A stretch of DNA of 64,000 nt from Planctomycetota bacterium (GCA_052034525.1 JBPOIK010000112.1:29874-93873), one strand, 5' to 3'; shown: positions 20,586-29,882, numbered from the stretch's first letter. Translations and numbers: made by a program. The notes: generated by a model not told the origin, from the letters alone.

Positions 20586-21371
20586 TCAGCGAACCTCCAC
20601 ACAGGCGGTGGGTTTCGGCTGGAATCGATCCGCGGCGCTGCCCTGGTTCACGGCGATTTCCAGCAGGTTCGAACTGCCCATCAGGGCCAGCGGCGCTCCG
20701 GGAGACACTTCGGCGTAGTGGGACCGAATGGGTCCCAGACGGACATCATCCAGAAAGACTTCTGCCGCCGGACGCCGCCGCAACGTGGGGGCCAGATCCT
20801 CCGTGCTGATATTCGTGATCAGGTTCCCGAAGCGATCTGAGCACAGGATGGCGCCCCGCAGCGTGTGCTCGGCCAGGAAGGCGGGTCGCGCCAGTTGCAG
20901 AACCTCCAGGCGCTCTGTCGGCGGCCCGACCTCGTCGATCCGCAGACCGCCGGCCAGCCTGGCCGCCACGGGGGCCATTATGTCCCGGGCGTGAAACGTA
21001 GGCGAGATGCCTGCCAGAAAGAGCCGCGGATTCTGAACGACGTGAAGGGCCTCCAGGGGGAACTCACGGTGGACGAAGGTCAACAGGCCGTTGTCCGGTG
21101 CCACCACGCACTGCCCGGCGTACTGGCCCGCCAGGATCACCCGGGTCGATCCCACGGCGGGATCCACGACGGCCAGGTGGATCGTGCCCCGAGGGTACCA
21201 GGACCAGATCTGACGCAGGATAAACGCGGCCTGGACGACGTTCTGCGGGGCCACATCGTGCGAGATGTCGACGACGGTGGCCTTCGGCGCAAGCTGGCAG
21301 ATCACCCCTTTGAGGACGCCGACGTAGTGGTCACGGGTGCCGAAATCGGTTAGAAGCGTGATCAGCGGCAT
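20586..21371 (-). CDS. SAM hydrolase / SAM hydroxide adenosyltransferase family protein (DUF62)
   Basis: MPLITLLTDFGTRDHYVGVLKGVI is the characteristic N-terminus of this family. 261 aa. Confidence 0.85.
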   Translation of the reverse strand: MPLITLLTDFGTRDHYVGVLKGVICQLAPKATVVDISHDVAPQNVVQAAFILRQIWSWYPRGTIHLAVVDPAVGSTRVILAGQYAGQCVVAPDNGLLTFVHREFPLEALHVVQNPRLFLAGISPTFHARDIMAPVAARLAGGLRIDEVGPPTERLEVLQLARPAFLAEHTLRGAILCSDRFGNLITNISTEDLAPTLRRRPAAEVFLDDVRLGPIRSHYAEVSPGAPLALMGSSNLLEIAVNQGSAADRFQPKPTACVEVR

Positions 21372-21502
21372 GGCGGGCGCGATCCCTTTTGTTGCCGGCG
21401 GCCGGGCGAACGATCCAACTCTACGACAGGCCGTGCGGGCCTGTCAACGACCCGGCCGATGGACGAGCTTCGCCACGGCCGACCCAGCGCGAGTGCTCCC
21501 GA

Positions 21503-22174
21503 ATGTTCAACAACAGCCGCGAAGCCGATTCCGCCCAGCGCCGGCAGGCCATGGTTCAAGACCAGCTCGTCCGCCGTGGCATCCGCGATCCGAACGTGCT
21601 GCGGGTGATGGGCGAGCTTCCGCGTGAGCTGTTCGTGCCGGACTCGATGCGGGACGCGGCCTACGAGGACCGGGCCCTGCCCGTGGGTGAGGAGCAGACC
21701 ATCAGCCAGCCGTACATCGTGGCCTACATGACCGAGAAGCTGGAGGTGCGGCCGGGGCTTCGTGTGCTGGAGGTGGGCACAGGCACGGGTTACCAGGCGG
21801 CCATTCTGGCGCGTCTGGGCGCGGATGTGTTTTCCGTGGAACGCATCGCGGGCCTGCACGCATCGGCTCGGCAGCGGCTGGAGGCGATGGGGCTGGTCCG
21901 CATCGCCCTCTGCTGCGCCGACGGGTCATTGGGGTGGCCCCGGCACGCGCCGTACGATCGGATCATGGTGACGGCGGGCGCGCCGGATATCCCGCCGGCA
22001 CTGATCGAGCAACTGCGCGAGGGGGGGCTTCTGGTGGCGCCTGTGGGGCACCGCGACGCGCAGATGCTGGTGCGCGTGGAGAAGCGCGCCGGACGGACGA
22101 TCGAGACGCTCCTGCTGGCATGCCGGTTCGTGCGGCTTGTTGGACGGCAGGGATGGCAATCCTCGGACGAATAG
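21503..22174 (+). CDS. pcm: Protein-L-isoaspartate O-methyltransferase
   Basis: Track ORF starts at 21389. ATG 21503 gives MFNNSREADSAQRRQAMVQDQL. Motifs TISQPYIVAYM and VLEVGTGTGYQAAILARLG. Confidence 0.9.
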   Translation: MFNNSREADSAQRRQAMVQDQLVRRGIRDPNVLRVMGELPRELFVPDSMRDAAYEDRALPVGEEQTISQPYIVAYMTEKLEVRPGLRVLEVGTGTGYQAAILARLGADVFSVERIAGLHASARQRLEAMGLVRIALCCADGSLGWPRHAPYDRIMVTAGAPDIPPALIEQLREGGLLVAPVGHRDAQMLVRVEKRAGRTIETLLLACRFVRLVGRQGWQSSDE

Positions 22175-22201
22175 ATGTGCGTTGTCCGGCCGGGCCGGAA
22201 G

Positions 22202-23698
22202 TCAGCCGGCTTCGTCGTTCAGCTCGACGCGGCGGCTGTTCAGCTCGGTCACGCTGCCGGAGAGCGTATTGACGGCGGCGATCACGGTATGGTTCTTGAT
22301 CTTGCGTTTGCAGATACGGATGGGGCCTTTCATTTCCTTGACAAACGAGGTAACCCGATCGTCGATGCGGATGCTGACGCCCTGACAGATCCGGGAGGTG
22401 ACGGTTACGTGCGGACCGGTCTCGTCCGGCGCAGCCTCGTCCGCTGATGCCGCGGTGGAGAACTGAGCCTGGCCCTGGCGCAGCAGGTCGTCCGTCTTCC
22501 GGATGGCATCCTCGATCTGGTCGACCTGGAACATGATCTCCGTGGCCCGTTCCTTCTGCACCTGGGTGAGGAGTTTCGGTTGCGCGAGCAGCGGTCCGAC
22601 GAGATCCCGGATCTTGGTCACTCCCTGGCGGCGGCGCACGTTCTCTTCGTTTGCCGCCTCAAACTCGCGGAGCGTTTCCTCCGGCACGCCCACCCCGATG
22701 TCCGTGGGCACGCCGGCGTCGCTGCCCAGAACCTTGGCGGTCAGCCCGGCGCGGGCATACGCCGTGCCCCCGATCAGCGATCCATTCGTGATGAGGATCT
22801 GGGCCTCGGAATTCAGCTTGCTGTTGACCGCCTCCTTGCCGATGATGATGTCGCCCTGGGCCTGGATGGCCGCCTCGGAGCAGAACTTGGCCTTGACCTG
22901 CGCTTTGGAACGGACATAGCCCTTGGCGCGGTTCAGAATGCCGCCGCGCACTTCCACGTTCCCTTCGGCCTCCACTTCCGCCGCCTCGATGGCCCCGCCG
23001 ACCGTCAGGGTCTTCTTCGTACGCACCTTGAACAGGTCCTGGATGTTCCCGCGTACGTTCACGGCGCTGGGCGAATCGATGTTCCCCACGGAGAAGTCGA
23101 CGTTGCCCGGTACGTCCAGCACGTCGACGACCCGCAATTCCATGTCCTGGAAGACCACCTGCCCGGCCACGCGGGCCAGCACGGTGCGCTGGTCCCGGCT
23201 CAGTTCCACGTTTTCCTTGAGGACGACCGCGCGCGGGGCCTTCTTGGGATTCAGCGCGTTGTGATGCACGTCCAGGCCCGGCTTGCCCGGCACGGGCGGA
23301 GAGATGGTGCCGATCACGTCGCCGGCGTGGACCACCACGAAGCTGGAGACGTTGTAATAGGAGTGGTGTCCCTCTTCCTCGAGCGAATCCTCGGCCTGGT
23401 CCGGGCAGAGCCCCTCGGCCCATTCAAACGCGCCGTCCTGACCCTCGGTCGGCGGGTATCCTTCGGCCAGAACCACGGTTTCGTAGGCGTCCCGGCCGGC
23501 CACGATTTTCCGGACGTATTCCTGGATGCGGGCGGCGACCTTGTCATCCACGGCGACCTTCGCCGCTTCGAGGGCGGCCACCACGTCACCGGGTCTGACG
23601 GCGGAGGGGTCCGCCCCTTTGCGCAGCGTGATACTGGCCTGGAGGTGATCCGCCGAGACCTGGGCAAGGAAGGGGGTTTGGACCTGCGTCGGGGTCAT
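22202..23698 (-). CDS. FapA/DUF342 family protein
   Basis: The track ORF extends to 23788 through an Arg/Pro-rich stretch. ATG 23698 gives MTPTQVQTPFLAQVSADHLQASITL. Repetitive beta-helix-like stretch GNVDFSVGNIDSPSAVNVRGNI...GNVEVRGGI...GDIIIGKEAVNSKL is typical of DUF342. Confidence 0.8.
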   Translation of the reverse strand: MTPTQVQTPFLAQVSADHLQASITLRKGADPSAVRPGDVVAALEAAKVAVDDKVAARIQEYVRKIVAGRDAYETVVLAEGYPPTEGQDGAFEWAEGLCPDQAEDSLEEEGHHSYYNVSSFVVVHAGDVIGTISPPVPGKPGLDVHHNALNPKKAPRAVVLKENVELSRDQRTVLARVAGQVVFQDMELRVVDVLDVPGNVDFSVGNIDSPSAVNVRGNIQDLFKVRTKKTLTVGGAIEAAEVEAEGNVEVRGGILNRAKGYVRSKAQVKAKFCSEAAIQAQGDIIIGKEAVNSKLNSEAQILITNGSLIGGTAYARAGLTAKVLGSDAGVPTDIGVGVPEETLREFEAANEENVRRRQGVTKIRDLVGPLLAQPKLLTQVQKERATEIMFQVDQIEDAIRKTDDLLRQGQAQFSTAASADEAAPDETGPHVTVTSRICQGVSIRIDDRVTSFVKEMKGPIRICKRKIKNHTVIAAVNTLSGSVTELNSRRVELNDEAG

Positions 23699-23729
23699 GT
23701 CGGCCGGCCCTTCGGGGCGAGGCCGTCCA

Positions 23730-24104
23730 TCAAGCCTTGGCGGCGACCTTCGAGAGCGTCTGGTTGATCTTCTCGGACAAGGTCTCACCCGTGAACGGCT
23801 TTACCACGTAGTTGTTCACGCCCGCCTTGATCGCCTCGACCACGCGGGACTTCTCCGCCTCGGTGGTACACATGATGATGGGCGTGATCTTGTCGGATTC
23901 GCGGACTTTGCGCACCAGGGTGATGCCGTCCATGTTGGGCATATTCCAGTCGATGAGCATCAGGTCGGGCTTCTCCGCCGCGATCCGCGAAAGAGCCTCG
24001 ATACCGTCGCCGGCCTCCACGATATCGGAATACCCGATTTCCGCGAGCACGTTCTTCTGGATGTTGCGAATGGTTCGCGAATCGTCCACCAGTAGAATCT
24101 TCAT
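23730..24104 (-). CDS. cheY: CheY-like single-domain response regulator
   Basis: MKILLVDDSRTIRNIQKNVL...DLMLIDWNMPNMDG...VVKPF, 124 aa. The track's 303-aa ORF is an artefactual upstream extension. The start overlaps the cheX stop (ATGA at 24101-24104). Confidence 0.9.
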   Translation of the reverse strand: MKILLVDDSRTIRNIQKNVLAEIGYSDIVEAGDGIEALSRIAAEKPDLMLIDWNMPNMDGITLVRKVRESDKITPIIMCTTEAEKSRVVEAIKAGVNNYVVKPFTGETLSEKINQTLSKVAAKA

Positions 24105-24601
24105 GCTGAGGCTCCTGCCGCCGCGGGCGCTGCGGCCGCCGGTTTCTCCACCGACATGCCCACTTCCACGTACACCGGTCCCAGATCCGTCTCGCACGGA
24201 ATCACGATCCGCGGCACCGCACGCGAGGTGGAGACCATATGCTCTTTTCCGATGATCACGCTGGGCAGCGAGATGCTTACGTTCATCCCGTGAAACTCTT
24301 TCTTCGCGTTGCCTGCCACCATGTTCGCCAGTTCGCCGACGGCGTCTGCGAAGTCCGGGTGCGATTCGTCGATCGGCATCCCCGCGAACTTTGACGCGGT
24401 CTGGACGGCCACCGCACTGGGAAAACTGAGCACCACGCAACCGGCCGCGTCCCCGGAGAACCCGATGACGCCGGACACGTCGGCAGACGCGCTGGGATCG
24501 TGTTTCACAAACGGCTTGCCCACCCGGACCTTCGTGTGAACCATCGTCTCGAAGACCCGTTTGATAGCCAGGACGAACGGGTTGATGTATTGGACGTCCA
24601 T
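24101..24601 (-). CDS. cheX: CheX-like chemotaxis phosphatase
   Basis: INPFVLAIKRVFETM...ADVSGVIGFSGDAAGCVVLSF...DAVGELANMVAGNAKK...ISLPSVIIG matches the CheX/CheC-like layout. Confidence 0.8.
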   Translation of the reverse strand: MDVQYINPFVLAIKRVFETMVHTKVRVGKPFVKHDPSASADVSGVIGFSGDAAGCVVLSFPSAVAVQTASKFAGMPIDESHPDFADAVGELANMVAGNAKKEFHGMNVSISLPSVIIGKEHMVSTSRAVPRIVIPCETDLGPVYVEVGMSVEKPAAAAPAAAGASA

Positions 24602-24984
24602 TGCTTCTCCCGGATGGAGTATTGCGCTTCGAACAAACCACCAGGTCTCCGAGCGACCTGCTGCGTCAGAGTTGCATCGGTCGATCCCATCCTGCGGTTT
24701 AGCTTCGTAACCCGTACCCCGAACCGGCCGGATCCGACCGCATTATCGGCCCTCCCCGCCAACGCCGGGCCGGCCGGCACGAGCATTGTTGCCGGTTGCC
24801 GCCTGCCGCCTCTTCTGGCGAGGCTTGCGCCCGACGGGCTGCCGCAGGCCACACAAAAACAGACATGCGCCGACGTGCCGGATTGGCTGCAGAGCGGGCT
24901 CGGTAGGACTATCCCCTTGACGGTCCGGCCGCATTGCCGGTACCGTAACGCCCTGCTGGCTGCGTCTTTGCAGCATGGCTGGTT

Positions 24985-26862
24985 GTGAGAGCGCTGATGG
25001 CAAGAGCGGCCGCATTCCCATCCAAACCCGGCGAACCGTCCGCGCTCAAACCGTCTACCACCCGCGAAAGCCCTCGGGAGACGGTGGAATCCATCATCGT
25101 CGCTCTCATCCTGGCCTTCGTGTTCCGTGCCTTCGTCGTAGAGGCATTCGTCATCCCTACGGGGTCCATGGCTCCCACACTTTACGGAAAACACGGCACC
25201 GTGACGTGTGCCAACTGCGGCTGGGAGTACGCCTACGGCCTGTCGGAGGAAAGGGGAACGATCGGGCCCACCTCCACGTCCGACTGTCCGAACTGCGGAT
25301 ACCCAAACATCACCTCCCGGTTCTTTGATGCCGGCAGCGTCGTGTCCATGGAGTCGGGAGACCGCATTCTCGTTCTGAAATGGCTGTTTGACGTCGGCGG
25401 GCCGCTGGGACCCCGACCCTGGCAGGTCGTGGTCTTCAAAAACCCGCGCGACGGAGAGGACAACTTCATCAAACGGCTGATCGGGCTGCCCGGCGAGGTC
25501 CTGGAGATCCTGGACGGGGACGTTTTCACGGCGCCGGCGGACCGCTTGTCGGACGAGGCCCGGGATATTTTCGCGAAAGACCGGCGGTTCAAGCACTGTT
25601 GCCAGCGCTGGCTGGAGTTGCAGACGAACCTGCGCCGCGCTGGAGGGTTCTCCTCGCCGGCCGCCATGCGGGGCTTCCAGACGGAGGCGGGCGACCTGCT
25701 GGCTGAAGCGGACCAGCTCGATGGCGAACTGCGTGAGCTGCGCCCGCGCCTGCTGGACGAGCTCGCCGGATTGCTGCAGCCGGTACCGAAAACATCCGTC
25801 GCCCAGGAGGCCCTCTGGAATGTCGTGTATGACGCCGACTATCCGCCGCGCGTGTGCGACACCCGACGCGGAGGGCACCAGTGGCAGCCCGAAGGCGGCC
25901 GATCAGACCGCTGGAGACTGTTCGGACGATGGTTCCAATTCCGCGGTGTCGGACAACCGCCCGAATCGCTGGAGTTGCATGGCCCCCTGATCGACAACTA
26001 CACCGGCTACAACATTCCCGGCCCTCGATTCAACGCCTCGACGACGCCGGAGGCCTACCGCGACGGGGCGGCCGTGGCGGATCTGCGGATTCGATGCGTC
26101 GTGACGCCGCATGACGGCGCCGGATACGTCCGTTTCGCCCTTTCGAGGCGTGGTCGGTCGTTCTGGGCGACGCTGCGATCGGATGGTCGTGTCTTCCTGC
26201 ATGGCGGTCGCAGCCCGCGATTTGAGGACGCGACCTTGATCGCGGAAGATCAAACGCGCCCCTTGAAGCCCGATCGGCCTGTCGAAATCGCATTCGAGAA
26301 TGTCGACTATCGATTGACGCTGCACATCGACCAGCGAGAGGTTCTCTCTGAAACGTGGTTCGATTCCCCGGGAACGGGCCAGACCGAGCGGCCGGACCGA
26401 CCTTATCTGATCACCCTGCGGGAAATACGCACGCAGCCGGCGCCGCCGCCGGTGATGCCGCCGACAATCACAGCCGCGGATCTGGACGTGGACTTCGCGC
26501 ACGTCGTCGTGGAGCATGACGTTTTCTATACGTCCGCGCCCCTGTTGTCTGCCCCCTTTGATCGCTATAAGCTGGGCGGCTGGGGAACAACCGGGTTTCC
26601 CATACTGCTTCGGTCTGGTGAATACTACGTACTGGGCGACAACAGCCCGCAGAGTGCGGACTCGCGGCTGTGGGACGTGGTCGGGTATCACCTGCGGCGT
26701 CGCGGAGAGGAGTATCAACTCGGCACCGTTCCGGAAGATCAGATGATCGGCCGGGCGTTTTTCGTATACTGGCCAAGCGGGCTGCGCACGGACCTTCTGC
26801 CGGGCCCGCTGCGCCAGGTCGGATGGATTCCGAACGTTGGTCGAATGCGGTGGATCCGCTGA
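24985..26862 (+). CDS. lepB: Signal peptidase I (S26), unusually long with a zinc-ribbon insertion
   Basis: Ser box IPTGSMAPTLYG, GDRILVLKW, Lys box FIKRLIGLPGE, YYVLGDNSPQSADSRLW. CANCGW...CPNCGY insertion at 25207-25296. About 330 aa are inserted between the Lys box and the final box. The start could be GTG 24985 or ATG 24997. Confidence 0.9.
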   Translation: MRALMARAAAFPSKPGEPSALKPSTTRESPRETVESIIVALILAFVFRAFVVEAFVIPTGSMAPTLYGKHGTVTCANCGWEYAYGLSEERGTIGPTSTSDCPNCGYPNITSRFFDAGSVVSMESGDRILVLKWLFDVGGPLGPRPWQVVVFKNPRDGEDNFIKRLIGLPGEVLEILDGDVFTAPADRLSDEARDIFAKDRRFKHCCQRWLELQTNLRRAGGFSSPAAMRGFQTEAGDLLAEADQLDGELRELRPRLLDELAGLLQPVPKTSVAQEALWNVVYDADYPPRVCDTRRGGHQWQPEGGRSDRWRLFGRWFQFRGVGQPPESLELHGPLIDNYTGYNIPGPRFNASTTPEAYRDGAAVADLRIRCVVTPHDGAGYVRFALSRRGRSFWATLRSDGRVFLHGGRSPRFEDATLIAEDQTRPLKPDRPVEIAFENVDYRLTLHIDQREVLSETWFDSPGTGQTERPDRPYLITLREIRTQPAPPPVMPPTITAADLDVDFAHVVVEHDVFYTSAPLLSAPFDRYKLGGWGTTGFPILLRSGEYYVLGDNSPQSADSRLWDVVGYHLRRRGEEYQLGTVPEDQMIGRAFFVYWPSGLRTDLLPGPLRQVGWIPNVGRMRWIR

Positions 26863-27078
26863 GATACGGTCTGGAGTGCCGAGGCAGGCAGAGCCCGATG
26901 TGTCGGTCAATTATGAAGTTATCCACAAAGCGGACCGCGAGTTATCGGGCATATATCGGCGAGGAAACCTGGGCGACTGTTGCGTTTCCGAACACTCTGC
27001 GGGTGGCCGCAGAGAGCTCGGAATGATCGGTTCGAAGGCACGTAAGTGCTTATGGTTTTGGCGGTAAACATCAAATCA

Positions 27079-27124
27079 CCCACGTTTGTGGCATTGTTGC
27101 GTCACGAAAAGTAGAAAACGTGGG
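27079..27124. promoter_or_regulatory. 9-bp inverted repeat in the AT-rich region upstream of lptB
   Basis: CCCACGTTT (27079-27087) and AAACGTGGG (27116-27124), 28 nt apart. The surrounding 27040-27200 is visibly AT-richer than the rest of the window. Confidence 0.25.
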
Positions 27125-27230
27125 ATAAATGGGTAGATTTTGAGTCTGCTTCTTGAATAGGGTAAATGCCCTCGGTTGTTAACAGATCATCCACCGCTTC
27201 GTGGGAGGCTCATTTGGAAGTGGGTTGCTG

Positions 27231-27992
27231 ATGGCATCGCGCGCTCTGTTGCAAGCTCGTGGTTTGGTCAAAAGATACGACGGCCGCGCCGTCGTAAACC
27301 GGTTGGGTTTTGACGTCTATCGTGGCGAAATCGTCGGTTTGCTCGGGCGGAACGGGGCCGGCAAGACCACCAGCTTTCGAATGGCCGTTGGCATGATCGA
27401 TCCAGAGGAGGGGCAGATTGTCTTTGACGGGCGGGATGTTACCCGTCTTCCCATGTACAAGCGGGCCCAGTTGGGGATGGGATATCTGTCTCAGGAGCCA
27501 AGCGTGTTTCAGAAGCTCACCGTCGAGCAGAATCTGCTGGCGATTCTGGAAACGATGCGTCATCTGACGCGGGCAGACCAGCGACGGGCGGCGGCGGACC
27601 TGATTGCGCAGTTCGGGCTGATCACCCAGGCCCAGCAGGAGGCCCGCACCCTGTCTGGGGGCGAGCGGCGCAAGCTGGAGATCGCTCGGGCCCTGATCAG
27701 CAATCCGAAACTCATTTTCCTGGATGAGCCGTTCAGCGGTGTGGATCCCATTGCGGTTCAGGGACTTCAGCGGGAGATCGCCAATCTCAAGAACCGCGGC
27801 ATCGCCATCCTGCTGACAGATCACAATGTTCGGGAAACACTGACGGTCACAGACCGCAGTTACATCATCGACCAGGGGCGTCATCTTGCCAGCGGGACTC
27901 CCCGAGAGTTGATCAACAACCCGCTGGTGCGGGAAACCTACCTGGGCAGCACCTTCGAGGGAAACGAATTCGGAACACCCCGAGCCAACTGA
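27231..27992 (+). CDS. lptB: LPS export ABC transporter ATP-binding protein
   Basis: GLLGRNGAGKTTSFRMAVGMIDPEEGQIVFDGRDVTRLPMYKRAQLGMGYLSQEPSVF, LSGGERRKLEIARAL, LLTDHNVRETL. ATG 27231 is preferred over the track's GTG 27201. Confidence 0.9.
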   Translation: MASRALLQARGLVKRYDGRAVVNRLGFDVYRGEIVGLLGRNGAGKTTSFRMAVGMIDPEEGQIVFDGRDVTRLPMYKRAQLGMGYLSQEPSVFQKLTVEQNLLAILETMRHLTRADQRRAAADLIAQFGLITQAQQEARTLSGGERRKLEIARALISNPKLIFLDEPFSGVDPIAVQGLQREIANLKNRGIAILLTDHNVRETLTVTDRSYIIDQGRHLASGTPRELINNPLVRETYLGSTFEGNEFGTPRAN

Positions 27993-29155
27993 TCGACCGC
28001 GCCACGACCGAGTATCGCGCGAGGTTCCACGGATCGCCCGCGGTCGCCGGCGTTGCGCCGGGTCGGGTGGAAATCCTGGGGAATCATACGGATTACAATG
28101 GGGGCGCTGTGCTGACGGCCGCGATCGATCGTTATGTCGTGGCGGTGGGGCGGCCCCGGCCCGATCCCCTGGTCCGCATCTGGTCATGCAACCTGGAGGC
28201 GGCCGGCGAGTTTTCCATAGCCCATTTGTGTCCGGACGATCGCCCGGATTGGACCAGCTACGTCAAGGCCGTCTTTGCGATGCTTGCACAGGCCGACGTC
28301 ACGGTAGGCGGGATGGATCTGGTGATCGCCAGCGACGTTCCGGCCGGGGCCGGCCTGAGCAGCTCGGCGGCGCTGGAGGCATCGGTGGCTCGGGCCGTGC
28401 TTCAGGCGTATCCGGCCTTCATCGAGCCGCTGGCCCTGGCCCGCCTGCTTCAGCGCGGCGAGAACGAGTGGGCGAAGGTCCGGTGCGGGCTGCTCGATCA
28501 GTTTTCCACCATTCACGGACGTGCAGACCGGGTGCTCTACCTGGATTGCGCGTCGGGGGCGCACGAGACTCTGTCTTTGGGTTCGCCGGCACCGGCCATT
28601 GTCGTGGTGGATTCGCGGGTCTCCCGTCAACTGGGCCACAACGCGCCGTACAACACGCGACGCCGCGAGTGTGAGCAAGCCAAAGCCGCGCTGGAACGGC
28701 AGCTTGGACGTTCTTTGGCCGGCCTGTGCGAGGCCTCACTGGATGAACTGGAGCGGGCCGCCCCGGGAATTCCCGAACCGCCTCTGTCGCGGGCTCGCCA
28801 CGTTATCGGGGAGCACGCGCGCGTGCTGGCGGCCAGGGCGGCGCTGACCGCAGGCGATATTGATCGTTTCGGCCGATTGATGGAGCAGTCTCACCAGAGC
28901 TCGCAGCGCTTCTTCGAAAACAGTTGCGATGCGCTGGATCGGCTGTGTGGTCTGGCGATGCAGCAGCAGGGGTACATCGGCGGGCGCTTGTGTGGCGCGG
29001 GCTGGGGCGGCTGCACCGTGAACCTGGTGTCGGCGAGCAGGGTGAATGACTTCGTCAGAGGGATGGAGCAGGCAGTGGCAGGCTGGCCGGCCCCCACGCC
29101 CGTGGTGCATGTCTGTTACGCCTCCGACGGGGCGACGGGGCAGGTTCTCGGCTGA
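27989..29155 (+). CDS. galK: Galactokinase-family GHMP sugar kinase (start probably non-canonical)
   Basis: The track starts at GTG 28067, inside the conserved APGRVEILGNHTDYNGG motif. The frame stays open upstream and encodes LIDRATTEYRARFHGSPAVAGVAPGRV, which aligns with the N-terminus of known GalK. There is no ATG/GTG/TTG in that stretch. CTG 27989 overlaps the lptB stop (CTGA). GHMP motif PAGAGLSSSAALE. Confidence 0.8.
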   Translation: MIDRATTEYRARFHGSPAVAGVAPGRVEILGNHTDYNGGAVLTAAIDRYVVAVGRPRPDPLVRIWSCNLEAAGEFSIAHLCPDDRPDWTSYVKAVFAMLAQADVTVGGMDLVIASDVPAGAGLSSSAALEASVARAVLQAYPAFIEPLALARLLQRGENEWAKVRCGLLDQFSTIHGRADRVLYLDCASGAHETLSLGSPAPAIVVVDSRVSRQLGHNAPYNTRRRECEQAKAALERQLGRSLAGLCEASLDELERAAPGIPEPPLSRARHVIGEHARVLAARAALTAGDIDRFGRLMEQSHQSSQRFFENSCDALDRLCGLAMQQQGYIGGRLCGAGWGGCTVNLVSASRVNDFVRGMEQAVAGWPAPTPVVHVCYASDGATGQVLG

Positions 29156-29291
29156 CTCGGAATCCGGCCGGACCGTTCGCAGACCATACAAAGAGTCCGC
29201 CACTCGCGTTCCGTCGGGACAACCGACCGGAAACGAAGCGTTCGTCGCGCGTGTGTGGGCATATTCGCTCGTCCGGGGGACGGCGACGGAA

Positions 29292-29882
29292 TCATCCTCC
29301 AGCCTTCTGGAAGTTCATGGCGGCGAAATCCCAGTTCAGCAGGTGGTCGATCACCGTCTCCACGTATTTCGGACGAGCGTTGCGGAAGTCAATGTAGTAC
29401 GCGTGCTCCCAGACGTCGATCGTCAGCAGGGCCGTCTGGCCGTGCCGCATGGGCAGATCGGCGTTCGCCGTTTTGACGACCTTGAGCCGGCCGCCCTGCG
29501 CCACCAGCCATGCCCAGCCGGAGCCGAATTGCGTGGCCGCCGCGTCCGCCAGGGCCTCGCGAAAGGCCTGGAACGATCCGAAATCCCGCTGGATCGCGTC
29601 CGCCAGTGGGCCGCCGGGTTGGCCGCCGCCGCCGGGCTTGAGACAGTTCCAGTAGAACGTGTGGTTCCACACCTGGGCGGCGTTGTTGAATACGGAGCCC
29701 TCGGCGCTGAGGATGATTTCCTCCAGGGATTTGCTTTCTTCGGGTTTGCCGGCGATCAGCTTGTTGAGGTTCGTCACATAAGCGTTGTGGTGCTTGCCGT
29801 GGTGGAATTCCAGCGTCTCAGCACTGATGTGCGGCTCCAGGGCATTCCGAGCGTATGGCAGATCAGGTAGCGTGATGGACAT
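29292..29882 (-). CDS. sodB: Fe-type superoxide dismutase
   Basis: LPDLPYARNALEPHISAETLEFHHGKHH, AQVWNHTFYW (Fe-type signature), DVWEHAYYIDFRNARP. Confidence 0.95.
   Translation of the reverse strand: MSITLPDLPYARNALEPHISAETLEFHHGKHHNAYVTNLNKLIAGKPEESKSLEEIILSAEGSVFNNAAQVWNHTFYWNCLKPGGGGQPGGPLADAIQRDFGSFQAFREALADAAATQFGSGWAWLVAQGGRLKVVKTANADLPMRHGQTALLTIDVWEHAYYIDFRNARPKYVETVIDHLLNWDFAAMNFQKAGG

Noticed and set aside
26346-26365. tRNA T-loop-like string GGTTCGATTCCCC
   Set aside because: It lies inside the well-supported lepB coding frame (ETWFDSPGTG). No acceptor or anticodon arms can be drawn around it.
26913-27026. 37-codon ORF MKLSTKRTASYRAYIGEETWATVAFPNTLRVAAESSE in the lepB-lptB spacer
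   Set aside because: There is no Shine-Dalgarno sequence. G/C at third positions is about 64% by my count, well below real genes here. I recognise no motif.
27089-27100. TGGCATTGTTGC, resembling a sigma54 -24/-12 promoter upstream of lptB
   Set aside because: The GG-to-GC spacing is 3 nt too short relative to TGGCAC-N5-TTGC. A similar near-miss occurs at about 36040-36060 on the minus strand (TGGTACACGCTGC).
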